From Vitrella brassicaformis CCMP3155 (lineage: Eukaryota; Protista; Chromerida): a stretch of 64,000 nt of DNA. The stretch spans positions 179,395 through 243,394 of the forward strand of contig CDMY01000878.1 of the NCBI GenBank assembly GCA_001179505.1, read 5' to 3'. Under the pieces are notes generated by a model. That model had not been told where the DNA came from. It saw only the letters and a program-made list of their open reading frames with translations, and ran no database searches. The stretch's first letter is position 1, and every line of letters begins with the position of its first letter. Of this stretch, positions 12,283-23,902 are shown in pieces. Both the position numbers and the translations under genes were made by a program.

Positions 12283-15200
12283 TCAGACAGTCTCTTCCCC
12301 TTCGTCGGCCTTGTGTATGATCCCCGGCTGCTTGGTCGCGTGCATGAGCATCTTGTCGTACTCAAACGGCTGCTGGTCCTGCTGCCGCCACGACCGCACC
12401 ATCATCATGTCGTTCATTCTGACATACACAACACCAATGTCAACACCAATGACAACACACCATACAGCCTTCCACTCTCTCTTGGCTCACTCACCGAGAC
12501 ACGATCTTCAGCTTCGATAGCGTGTCCTTGCCCGCCGCCCCCACTGACGCCGAGCTCTTGCCGCTGCTCGCGCTGCTCGACGACGACTCAGACCTGCTCT
12601 TACCCGCCCTGACAGCCAGGCGGGATGACCCCGTCTTGGGCAGCCGTGTGGCCATCCTGCCCCAAGAGGAAGGGCTCTTGTCCCTTTGTGCTGCTGGGGA
12701 GGCGTCTTGGGTCCGGTCGTCGCTGAAGGCGATGTTGCGCCTGCTGGGGCTGATGTCGGCCTCGGGCTGTTGCTGTTGTTGTCTCGATGTGATGAGGATG
12801 CCTTTCTTGCTGCCCCTGTCGGCCAAGGCCATCTGTTGGTCGCTCGCGACATCGGCAGCGACGTGAAGCGGTGTGGGGGTGGGGCCGGGTGCGGGAGCGG
12901 GAGCGGGGACAAAAGGGGAGAGGGGGCTTGCGACAGATGACCGCACGCTGCTGCGGCGATGCATCGCCCGGCCGAACAGGGCAGCCATGGGGGGTGCTGC
13001 TGCTGCTGCTGCATCAGGTGTCTCCTGTTGTGCTGCTGCTGCTGCTGATGGGGCATAGCTTGCCTTGCGGCTGCTCTTTCTCCGCTGCCGCAACAGGTCA
13101 GAAAGCTTCCCCGGCTGCACCCCCAGCGTATCAGCAGGTCGCTTCCCCTTTGTGGCCAACACGGCAGCAGCGGTGACGACAGAAGGTCTCTTCTTCTCTT
13201 CGGCTGCCTCTGCTTCACCATGGCTGCTGCTCGCGCTGCTGCTGCTAGGTGAGGGGACGCCGGGGATGTCTGGCGGTGCCTGGGGTGCGTACCTGCGCGC
13301 CTCTGGTGTGGCGCCGGTCTTGACGGCTCTGGAGAACTTGGCGAGGGGCGACTGTGCCACGAGTATGTCGCAGGCCGGTGTGAAGCCCTGGCTGGCGCGG
13401 AGGTTGACGTGGCTCTGGTCGATGCGGAAAAAGCCAATGCCGATCTGTGTGAAAGCAAAAGGCATATCGGGGTGCGGTGGGTGCGGGCGAGTGTGTTAGG
13501 TGTACGTGTCTGTTGAGTGTTTCGACTCTCTGCCAGTCCTCCCAGAAGAGGAGACACGGACAGACGTGCCGAATCTCACGCTGCAGAAACACAGCCACAC
13601 TCAGCATCGCTGGGTACCTGAAATGCCGTCGCAGGAGACGTCAGGACATCAACCTCGCCATGCAGCCCCCCCGAACACACCTGTGGCACAATTCGACGAA
13701 GTCCACAAGATAGAATCGCTCGTAGGGCTCCAGCGTGAAGTCGATCCACGCCGCGTCGAAGGACTCGACGGAGTGGTTCTCATAGGCCTGGTAGAAGGTG
13801 TTGAGCTGCTGGGGGCCGATGTAGTGCACCGTCCATGAGCGGGAGATCTTCAGGATCGTGTAAAACATGAACTGGGCCAGCTCCATGAAGGACAGGCTGG
13901 CAAACATGAGCGTGGTGTACAGATACACATCCCATGTTGTCTCGCGGCCGGCACCTGAGACACACAGAGGAGACGGAGATTGGGAGCGAGGGAGTCATTT
14001 GCGTGTGGTTGACGGACCGGCGAGGTCGAAGAGTGCTTCAACGATTTTGTCGACGGCGTCTCTGTGGCTGCGGACGACGTGTATGATGCCCTTGGTGGGC
14101 ACCTCGGTTATCCAACCCACATGCAGACGCTTGCCGGTCTCCAGCTGGTGGATGCGCACAAAATGCCTGACATGACGGTGGTAGGGGGCGAGACATCTGG
14201 CAGATGCATGCCTATGTATGTGAATGCTTACTTGTACATATCGAATATGTGTCGCTGGGTGATTCCGAGGTCGTCAAAGAGCTCCTCCACCTGAACAGGA
14301 GATAAAAGGGAAAAGGACAGCCTTCTTCTCTTCTGTGCGCCGATAAGCGCCTGTTCTCTGTGGTCCTGAGTGCCTTGTCTGTTGGTCGGTGTGGGTGTGT
14401 GGATGGGTGCTCACCTCACCTCGGGGAGCGGGTGTGGCGGTGCTGATGTTCGGAAGAGCCAGAAGTATATGCCCACGCCCACCACCAGGAGCCCCACAAA
14501 CACCCCAATAATGATCAGCGAATCGTCTCTCGATACCTCCAGCTGCAACGGTCCTTCATCCTCCTCCTCTTCCTCCTCCTCCTCGACGCCCTGCATTAAG
14601 TCACGTCATGTCTTGTGTCTCGCCACTCTCTCGCTTACGTAGATGGCGTGGTCGCATTCCTTCGGCCACGGCCCCGCCAGTGTGGCGCATAGCGCTCTCG
14701 TGACTCCTTCAGGCGTCACTGGACCGGTGTATCGCCATCCATTGATCGCCACAGCAAAGGGGGCGGGATCATCAAGCCCCTCCCCGCCCAGCGCGTTGCC
14801 GTAGCGAATCCCGGGGCCCGATATCACCACTGACGCGCGCCAGTTGGTGCTGTTTCTGTCGTCCCTCTGTCTCCTGAGGAGCTCCTCCCCTCCCCCCGTG
14901 CCCGTGTCGGCCATGCATGTCTTCACCTCTGCGGCGATGAAGATGGCATTCTCGGCCAGCATCTCGCTGTTGCACCCCTCGCTGAAGTAGGGGAACACCA
15001 AGGCGGCCTCGTCATCGACGTCTTCAGCCGTCACGGCAGCCACTTCGGTGAAGGCCGTTGGGTCGGCACTGAGGGGGCAGTGGGTGGTGACGGCCTTGAG
15101 GTAGCGCCAGAAGGTCTCTGGGAAGGGGTGCAAGTCTCGCGGGTAGTCCTCTTCTGCTTTCTCTCCCTCGTCAGGGGCGGTGATATTTCTCGGCGGCTCG

Positions 15201-16688
15201 ACTGCGAAGGTTCTGGCAGGTACAGGTGCGGCTGCCACTGGGTTGGAGCGATCGAAGAGACACAGACGGCGCAAATCCTCCTCGACTACCTATTCAGGAC
15301 AGGGGGACATTCTGGTTGTTGTTGACGCCCTCTCTGTCCCAGTGACTGACTTACATGGCTACCTCAGCTCCGGTGATGGGTCCGTGTGCATCCGGATCAG
15401 CCGAGCAGTACTCGAGAGAGGTCTTGCCACCAGTAAATGACCAACAATAGTCTTGCACCTGCTCGAATTGAATGAACAACCATCACAGCGGTGAAAATGC
15501 CCTGCGCGCGCTCACGGTGAGCTCATTGGATTTGTCGCCCCGCTGGATCTGGTAGTGGAACTCCACAGCGACCAGCCCCCTCAGATACAGCATGGCGTCA
15601 GAAAACGGCTTCAGGAAGTGGGCAGCCTCAGGCGACCCCGAAGTGAGCCACACGTCGAGCTTGGCCGTGTCATACATCGGCCGGTCGCGCAGAAAGGACA
15701 GCTCCACCACGATGGAAGACTTGTCGACCACCACTGCGTTCGGGTCGCCCAGTATCTTACTCGACACGTCCCTTGCAGCGTCGAAGAGAATGCGGCCTTC
15801 CCTGTATGGCACCAAGACGGTCGGGAGAGACAGGGTCGACCCATAGCCATCATCAAAAGCCGTGAAGTGTCGGAACCCGTCAACCGTGGCGTTGACGGTG
15901 ACGGACCTCACCCGCCCGTCTGTCTCGTTGCCTGTGTACTCATACGCCTCGGTGGTGTCCGGGGCGTAGATGATAAGCACGTCGATGGCCTTGCTCTCAA
16001 TCGCGGCGACGGCGGCTTTCTTGGCGGCCACACAGCCCCCCATGGGCACGATGAGGAAGTTGAGGAGGAACACATCATCGCCCGCCTTCTGGGCAGAGGT
16101 CAGTGTCGCCTGCTCCGTGAGGTTGTAGGCGGTCTCCCTCCGAAGGTTGAGGGTGTCATAGTCGCTGGCAATGCAGTAAGACTCGCCCCGCGAGCGAAGG
16201 TAGAACAGCTGGCCCCACACCGACTTGCCGTAGTCATAGTGGCCGAAAGGGGCCGTGGATGCCGCCACTTGAAAGGGCGACATCGGAGGGGATGTGTCTT
16301 CTGGCGGCTCGGTGATTGGAGAGGCGGCAGGCGTGCTCGTTGATGTGTCATCGTCTGGCGGAGCAGCTGCCGGTGTGGGGGATGGTTGAATCGTGGATGT
16401 CGAAAGAGGCGGCTCTGTGCTTGTCGTGGCTGGCTCGTCCGTGGTTGATATTTCCGCGTTCGTGGTGGGCAGATCAGTGGTTGTCGGCGGCAAAGGTGTG
16501 GTCGTGGGCTCTATCTGGGCCTGGACGAGGCTGTCGATGACAGAATTGGGCTGCATGATACGCAGAGAAACGCAGTCATTCGCCGTGGATGAGGCGATGT
16601 GAAACAGCCGGTCGTAGAAGGGCTCCACTGAACTGGTCGATGGAAGCTGATACAGAAGGAGGATAAGGCGTAAAAAGGCAAACGACAT
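12283..16688 (-). CDS. VSR-like type I membrane protein (signal peptide, Thr/Pro stalk, PA domain, VSR thioredoxin-like region, TM) fused to a cytosolic degenerate EF-hand-like domain and disordered tail
   Basis: Signal peptide MSFAFLRLILLLYQLPSTSS. PA-like VPMGGCVAAKK...LSLPTVLV. VSR-type YCSADPDAHGPITGAE|VVEEDLRRLCLF and VAINGWRYTGPVTPEGVTRALCA. TM SLIIIGVFVGLLVVGVGIYFWLF. All downstream GT-AG junctions that I traced stay in frame to TGA at 12283. Confidence 0.75.
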
Positions 16689-16768
16689 CACCGATGGAAG
16701 AGGAGAAGGGGGCGCGCCCCCCGTGAGACGCCGTCGAGATTTGAGACGGCGTCCCTCGAAAGCAAAGG

Positions 16769-19320
16769 ATGTGGATTGTCGCCTTCCTCGTCACGGCTGC
16801 CTCTGCCACCGAAGCCAGACATCGACGGCTGCTGCCACCATTTGCCTTCTTCGTTCCTCGTCCCTCGCCCGTCGGTGCGAGCGGACGGGCGGCGTCATGG
16901 GCCAGAAGCGTCGCTCACTCAACTCCTTCAGCGAACGATGAAGTGCGTTGCGGAGTTCTCGTGAGTGCAGCTGCACCAACAGTCGAATCTCCTCTCTCTG
17001 TCTGTCGTCCGCCGCAAGGCGCATTGTCGCGCACCTCTCTGACTCGGTCAGAGGTTTGCAGAGCCGTTCGCCCGCCATTCACCGACCGATGGAGTCCGCC
17101 GCGAGTGCCGAAGAGAAGGGCCAGCGCCGTTGCGACGAGTGACCACCAGATGAGGGTACGGTACGCATGGCGAACCAGGCAGAGAATGGATCACGCTCAC
17201 AGGCATCGGAAGGGTGCATGCATACACAAACGGGCGTTTCGTTTGTATGTGTTGTCGACTGGTGGTCAGTATTGCAAGGATATGTTGGAGATGTTGGCCG
17301 ACAACAGGTTGGTCCTGCTCAAGGAGGTCGACAGAGGCGGGTAAGCCGCCGCCATAGAGCACAGCAATGTGCGTGTGGGAATGTGTGTATCCATGTGTGT
17401 GGGTGGTTGTACGTGAATGCAGCAATGCCATTGTGTTCAAGGTGAACAGTTTGTTGGTGCCAGGGGTCTTCCACGCGGTCAAAGCCATCCCAAGGGCCAA
17501 TTTCCTGTGAGCTGCACCAGCTCACCCACGCACCCCCTCACACCACTACTGCCTGTCTACCTGTCTGCCTGCATCCACTCACATTGTTGTTGCTGTGTGG
17601 GTATTCGTTCGTTCAGCGGCCCCGATGGCCTGTGCAGCGAGGCCGAGATCCTCGACAAGTACCGCCGCCTCTTCGCCCTTCGGCCCGGCGCCAACCTGTG
17701 CGAGATCCACACAGTACATCAGCATGGAATGGATAGACGGCGGGGATCGCGACGAGGGCCGCGTGAGCGAGGCCGACGCGCGGCATATCGCACCGAGGGC
17801 GCTGCAGGGGCTGCGACAACTACACAGCCACCAAGTAAGTGTAGTGGATGGATGGATGGATGGACGGGGGAGGGGGGACCCAAACACACCTTCAACCCGT
17901 ACATCCCTGTTCTGTCTGTGTGTGGCGTGACTGACAGCTCGCGCACGGGGACGTTTCATTGCGCAACATCATGCGCGACGGCCGACGGGTGGTGTTGGTG
18001 GACTTTGACAACATGGTAGTGTCATTACAAAACGTAAGTGTGTCGCGCACGGACGCACACATGGTGGAATGATTTTGCTCTCTTGTGTATGCGCATCCGT
18101 TCGTTCCTGCAGGCACCCGAATGTTACAATCGATTCGAATGCGGGCTATGGGTGTGGCCGTGTAAGCCGGCAATCAAATCTCCCTTCCAATACAGTATTC
18201 AATGCATACCCCAATACAATCTTGGGTGTGTGTGTATGTGTGTGTGTAGGCCATTGTCCAGCAGCGGGACACAGTGCTCCGCAGCCAGCACGCGCACCAA
18301 GAGGGCTCCGTCGGCTGGTGCAAGAAGGCGCCGGTTCCATTCGTGTCGGTGAGTGAGCGGAAGTCCCTCACTCTCTCTCTCACTGACTCGTTCACTTCAC
18401 CTTCATGTGCCTGTGCAGGATAAGTTCCTACGCGGCCCGAATTCCAACCCCATCAAGGCTTACACACTCGGTGCCAAGGGTAAGTGCAGTGCACCCCACA
18501 TTAACACATAAACAAACATCCGGTTGTGTGTTGGTGTGGGTGTCTGTTGCAGACGTCGCTGGCTATGCTAGCGCATCGTCTCCATTGGCTTGGCAGGGGT
18601 GGTCGCCGGGCGGCGGCTCTCCTCCCACGCGGCCACCGGGGGGCGGCTTCCCTCCCACGCGGCCGCCAGGGGTCGGCTCACCTCCGCTGCACCCGAACAC
18701 TACTCGCAAGTCGCACACGCGCAGGAACCCTCGCACTGGTACACACAACACTGCTCTCATGTGTACTGTACGGGACCGCTCTTGATGGGATGGATGTCCT
18801 TGTGTGTGTACCTTGGATGCCTGCAGTTGGTGTGTCGGTGAACTCAGGAACGACCCAGGCGCAGGCCAACGGAGAAAACTTCGCACCACACACACGGCTG
18901 GCCAGACAGACAGACAGACAGACAGGCAGGCAGACACGTACAACGCCTGCCAACCCCTACACGCCACATGCGACCGGCATGGGCGTGGCCGGCATCATGC
19001 CCCTGGGCAGCGGCGCTCAGCATCAGCAGCAGCAGCAGGGGCCGGTGGGGGGAGGGGGGCTGGGGGGAGGCCTGTCGGCTTCGGAGTGCCATATCCTGGA
19101 CACGCTCACTCAGACACTCACTCAGCTGGCCGCCGAGCAAATGGAGAGCGGCAGCATGGACCCCGGGGCCAAGCGGGCGGCCTTGCAGGCCAAACTCATG
19201 GAGCTGGCCAACCAGAGTGGGCTGACCCTCAACACGTCCCAGATGGACAAGATGATCCAGCAGGCACAGAACGACGACCAAACCAGATGGCATGGCACGG
19301 CACGGCACGGCACACACGTA
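16769..19320 (+). CDS. Protein kinase-like protein with N-terminal hydrophobic leader and Pro/Gly-rich C-terminal extension
   Basis: Exons encode LLKEVDRGG, FHAVKAIP (subdomain II), LAHGDVSLRNIM (catalytic loop), VVLVDFDN (DFG-like) and APE. The C-terminus has GGGSPPTRPP repeats and a helical end. The 3' end is uncertain. Confidence 0.65.
18598..18686 (+). repeat. Three imperfect 30-bp tandem repeats encoding PGGG(S/F)PPTRP
   Basis: Repeated unit ctcccacgcggcc(a/g)cc...ggggcggc is visible in the sequence. Confidence 0.7.
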
Positions 19321-20029
19321 TACATATACACATACTCGAACTGGGGGGCGGGTGGGGTGGATGGATGGGAGGGTGGGCGCGGCGCATTCATGGATATTAG
19401 TACGTCCTGGCTGACTGACTGACTGACTGACTGGATAGCTTAGCTGTGATGGCTGCTCTGCCTGCGTACTGTATTGTTGTTATTGGGTGTCCGTCAAGTC
19501 AAAGGTCACACACACATCATGTGCACACACACATCATGTGCACTGAGGAGAGAGAGAGAGATGTCCAACAGCGTGTCGTGTGTCGACCTGCCTGTCGATT
19601 TACTTTACGATCGACATCTCTTCGTGCAGGTGAGGTGCCGTGTGTGTGTGTCTGTGTGTGCGTGCGCCTCTGACCGGTTCCATGTGTCTGTCTGTCGATA
19701 CATACAAAGTGACTGTGGGGTTTTGACAACTGTCACGTCCCCTCCCGTCCCCACACTGCGTCCATTGCATGTCTGTCTCTCTGTGTCTGTCTGGCTCGTC
19801 TGTCTTCTGTGCATACATACTCATTGGTGTACTGTATTTATTGTGTGTGTATGTAAGTATGTAAGTATGTATGTATGTATGTCTGTATGTATCGGATCGA
19901 TCTGTATGTCTGGCTCGTCTGTGCATACCGACCGAAGCCTAACACCTATATATCGCGTCCTCTCACTCACTCAGCTATCGGCTGTCCGTACGCTTCGTGT
20001 GCATTGCACTGTGCGGGTGGGCCATGCTT

Positions 20030-21225
20030 CGTCGGACAAAATCATGACCGATCTCATGCAGTGGCTGTCTCACGCATCGCTGCCTCCATTTTATATTGGT
20101 GGGTTTTGTACTCCCAGTTCCAGGTTTGTGTTGATTGTTCAGGCGAAGGGTCACTGAAGAGTGGCGAGAACTCGTGGGCAGTCTCTGTCAGGAACACAAA
20201 GACACGGCAGTAAGCGAGATAAGACGAGACAAGATGCACTCCAGTAGGACCTCGGCGGGCTCAGCGGTACGTACACTAAGCACACCCACACATGCATGCA
20301 CGCATAGCTCTCGCGGACAGCTGGAAGTGCTCTTATTCAGGAGATGATTACATAGAGGCATTCAAGTACAAGAGACAATTCATGGGCAACCTGAAGCTTG
20401 TCGGTACGCATGGATAGTGCATATACACACACATGCATGGATTGCTGCTTGTGTATCGATGCGTGTCTCCGTGTATGCAGGCAATCTTCTGAACAAGCAC
20501 TTCCTAGCCAGCAACACCATCCTGTTTCGGTGCATCCACTCCTTTTGGGACCACGGCGAGGCTCAAATCGTAAGAAAACTGGGCCGTCATCCCGTCTCCT
20601 CCTGGCACTTATTCGCTTTTCTTCGTTCGTCCCCGTGTGTGCCGTGGGCCTGCAGGGCTGTGTACGTTCCTCATGACTATCGGGCCCTGACGTCGTCGTT
20701 CCCTTGCCCCGAAGGCGCGTCACCACGCCGACTTCTTTCCTTGCGATGTGGCCGTACGTGCATCCGACTCGCGCTTGTCTACCTCACCCTCTCCGCCGCC
20801 TTCATCATCCACCCCCCCCACCACCACCGGCCACTCCAACTGACGCCCTGGACGCCAAGCGGGAGACTGTCTGGAGGGAGAAGGACCTGCTGCTCGGCCC
20901 CCGCCTCCCTCTTCGGTCGCCATCACGGACTCCATCACCCCCCACACCGCTCGGCAGGTGGGAGAGAACGGGCCGCATCCGCCTGGCCCGCTCGGGCCAT
21001 TTCTTCCACCCTCGCTCGCCCTACACCTGCCCCACCCCCTTCAACAACGAGCGAGACGAGCCTCTCCCCTACTCCCCCATGGCGCAGACAAGGACGGCTG
21101 CGGCTGTCGGCGGTGTGGTGTCCAGGCCGAGTGGGTGCTGCGGGTGGCTGCAGTGGGTGCATGAATGGTGGCGGTGTTTCGTGAATTGGCTGAGGGGGTG
21201 CTTTCCTTGCTGCTGCTGCTGCTAG
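20030..21225 (+). pseudogene. Degenerate MIF4G-domain (eIF4G-like) fragment followed by a Pro-rich, Cys-ended ORF
   Basis: Spliced exons give YKRQFMGNLKLVGNLLNKHFLASNTILFRCIH...EAQI, then GLCTFLMTIGP* (compare eIF4G LGNIKFIGELF...LCRLLTTIG). The last junction is out of phase and followed by TGA. Confidence 0.45.
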
Positions 21226-21665
21226 GGAGGGAGGTGGGAGGGAGAGGGGTCAGTGTATGTGTGTGTGTGTGTGTGAGGTATAGGGGGGTATTTTCACAGT
21301 GAGGTGGCTTGGTGTTGTGGCGTTTGTGTCTGTGTACTCCAGAGGTTTTCTCGGTGTATACCCTTGTGTGTGCATTCAAGAGATGCGCATTTTGCCTGGA
21401 GTACGGTACAGATGGGACGATAGGACGATGTCTCAGTCAAGACAGCTGGCTGAGCCATCGATGATGGTCAGCTGTGCGGTGTGCATGAATACGACGTGCG
21501 TGCGTGGGGGAGGGATGCATGGCTGTCTTACTGCTGCCTCCATTTTATATTGGTGGGATGTGCACCCTCATTTCCAAGTGTGTTGCACGCATCGCATCAT
21601 GCCGTTCTCGCTGAAAGTTGACTTTAAGCAACAGTAGCGTGCAGAAACGCCATCAAGGCAGCACG

Positions 21666-23818
21666 TCAAAACTCGTTGCCGAAAAGCATCACGCCAATCT
21701 CATCCCAGCCGTCTGCAGCATAGATGGTCATCGGCGGCATGGACACCGGCGTCACGGTTGCAGCCTCTTGACCGCATTGGGCTATCATGGCTGCGCGCAC
21801 CAGCGGCTGCACATCGATGCCGTACAAAGATATCACCTGCACACACACACGCACACACGCACAAGTGGCCGTCGGTCATTCATGTGTGTTGTCTGTCGAT
21901 GCACTCTGCACCTTGTCGAGAGTGTTGTTCTTGTTGAGTGCGTCCTTGAGGACAATGCCGATGTCGGCCTCCAGCAACGCCAGCAAATCGGTCACGCTGT
22001 CGCCAATAAACACGCTCAGCCTCCCCTCTCGCCCCTTCTCCTCCCGCAGCCTCCGGAAGGCGCGGAGTTTGTCCACCGCCCCCGTCATGTGGCTGGAGAT
22101 CTCCCCAGTGGCTCTCTGGTCATCTTCGCGGAACGAAAAGGAGTTGCATGTGATGGGGAGGGAGAGGGGGGCACCACAGGCGTCTTGGAGGATGGTATGG
22201 ATCATGTCCTGCGACCAGCTGACAGAGATGATGCTCGCGGGGACGTCGTGGGAGAGAAGACCGCTCAGGACCTGAGAGGGACAGACAGGGGAGAATCAAG
22301 GGCGGAGTTGGGTTTGGTGTTGTCTGTGTGTGGGTACGTGTCTCTACCTCTCCACATGCATCTCTGACTTGCCACTTCTGCCGCAGTGACGTCTTGACCA
22401 TCCGACGGACGTCATCTGCGCCACACACAAACAAACAGCAACCGACAGGTGTTTAACAGCAAATCAGCAAATGAGCGTCGATGTCTACCTCTGGTGAACC
22501 CCTGGAGAAGCCTCGCCTCCGACACGTCAGCCACAGCCGCCTTCTCAAACTCACCCAGCCCCCCCAGAAACGCCTCCAGTCCATTCATCCCATCACGCAC
22601 CTTCCCCTCCAGCAGCTCCCCAACTTTCCTCCGATACTTGTCGAAGAATGCGTCCTCGATCGCCCGCCACCTCTGGCGCACCTGGTCCGGGTCGCTGTGC
22701 ACCTCGGCGGCCACCTCGTGCAGAAGTGGCGTGGTGTCCCTCTGGGTGCAGGTGCCGTCAAAATCGATGGCCACGAAGGAGAGGACACCCCTTTGGGCGA
22801 GGCCGGGGTGGCGTGAGGGTGACGCGGAGGGCGCGCAGGAGGGAGGGGGGAGTGCCTGCGCGTCGAAGAAGCCATACTCGAGGTCCATGGCGTTTCCGTA
22901 GTAGTACAGGAGGTTCCCACGCACGGCGTCTTCTCCGACCTGCCCTGACAGCGATAAGAGGGGGTCAGTATACCTGCACCAACCAACCGACACACGACAT
23001 GAAGAGAGCGTCACTTCTCCCTCCCTCCCTCCCTCCCTCCCTTCGTGTGCTACCTGTCCAGCAGCTCTTCAACACGCGCGGCATCCTGCGCAAACTCGGC
23101 AGAACTGTAGGTCGCCAGCCACTCGTTGTATCGATGCCCGGCCATCCCCTCCTCCCCGACGCCTTCCCTCAGCGCCTTGCCAATGAAGGCGTACAGCGAC
23201 ATGCAGGGCGCCATGGAAGCCAGCACCATTGCCGTGGTGGTCCATTGGTCGGCTCCGACGTCCCTGAGGAAGCTGGTGTAGCGGACGGTGGCCTCATTGG
23301 GCGTGAATGTCGACGTGTCGATGGCCCACTCTGTGCTGGACTGGTGCAGTGTCAGCTCGCTCAGTACGCCGCCGATGAGCGCGTTGAACGCCCGGATGCC
23401 CTCGACATCGCCAGGCGGACACTTGCAGAGGGCATGCGCATACGCCTGAATGAGAAAACACGACCCCGCGTGTGGAACACCCACGCACATCTCCTTCCCC
23501 CGTGTGTGCCTGTTGGTTGACCTTTGCAAAGATTTCGAGGAAGAATGCGTCCTGCCTCATGAACTCCACATAGCTCTCCCTCGCCAGCACAGACGCGCCC
23601 AGCCTCAGCACCCAGGGGTGGTAAAGCGACTTGAGCGCTCGTCGCCGACACTTCTGCCACAGCCACTGCGACGTCCGCGGCCTCTTTTGTGGCAGTGCGT
23701 GTGTCGGCGGCCCTCCATTCATCGTCAGTGCGCTGGTGTTGAAACGTCGTAGATGCTGCAGTAGCAAAATGGAAGATCCAAGCACCAGGGGTGATGAGTA
23801 AGGCCTCAATGAGACCAT
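21666..23818 (-). CDS. TH2: Bifunctional TH2 protein: TenA/THI-4 aminopyrimidine aminohydrolase + HAD thiamine monophosphate phosphatase
   Basis: TenA motifs HPWV, FMRQDAFFL, AMAPC-like ASMAPCMSLY, YNEWLATYSS and MDLEYGFF. HAD motifs IDFDGTCT and FIGDSVTDLLALLEADIGIV. Confidence 0.92.
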
Positions 23819-23902
23819 CAACGGCCGAAAATGCCAGGGATATTGAAGCAGGTGCGAGCTTGAGCTCGCAGGGATGGACTCGGCGACCAGTGGCTCGGCG
23901 AA

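Noticed and set aside
19440-20030. ORF 19474-20157 and similar Cys/Val- or His/Thr-rich ORFs across the window
   Set aside because: They are translations of TG/CA/GTCT microsatellite-rich non-coding DNA.
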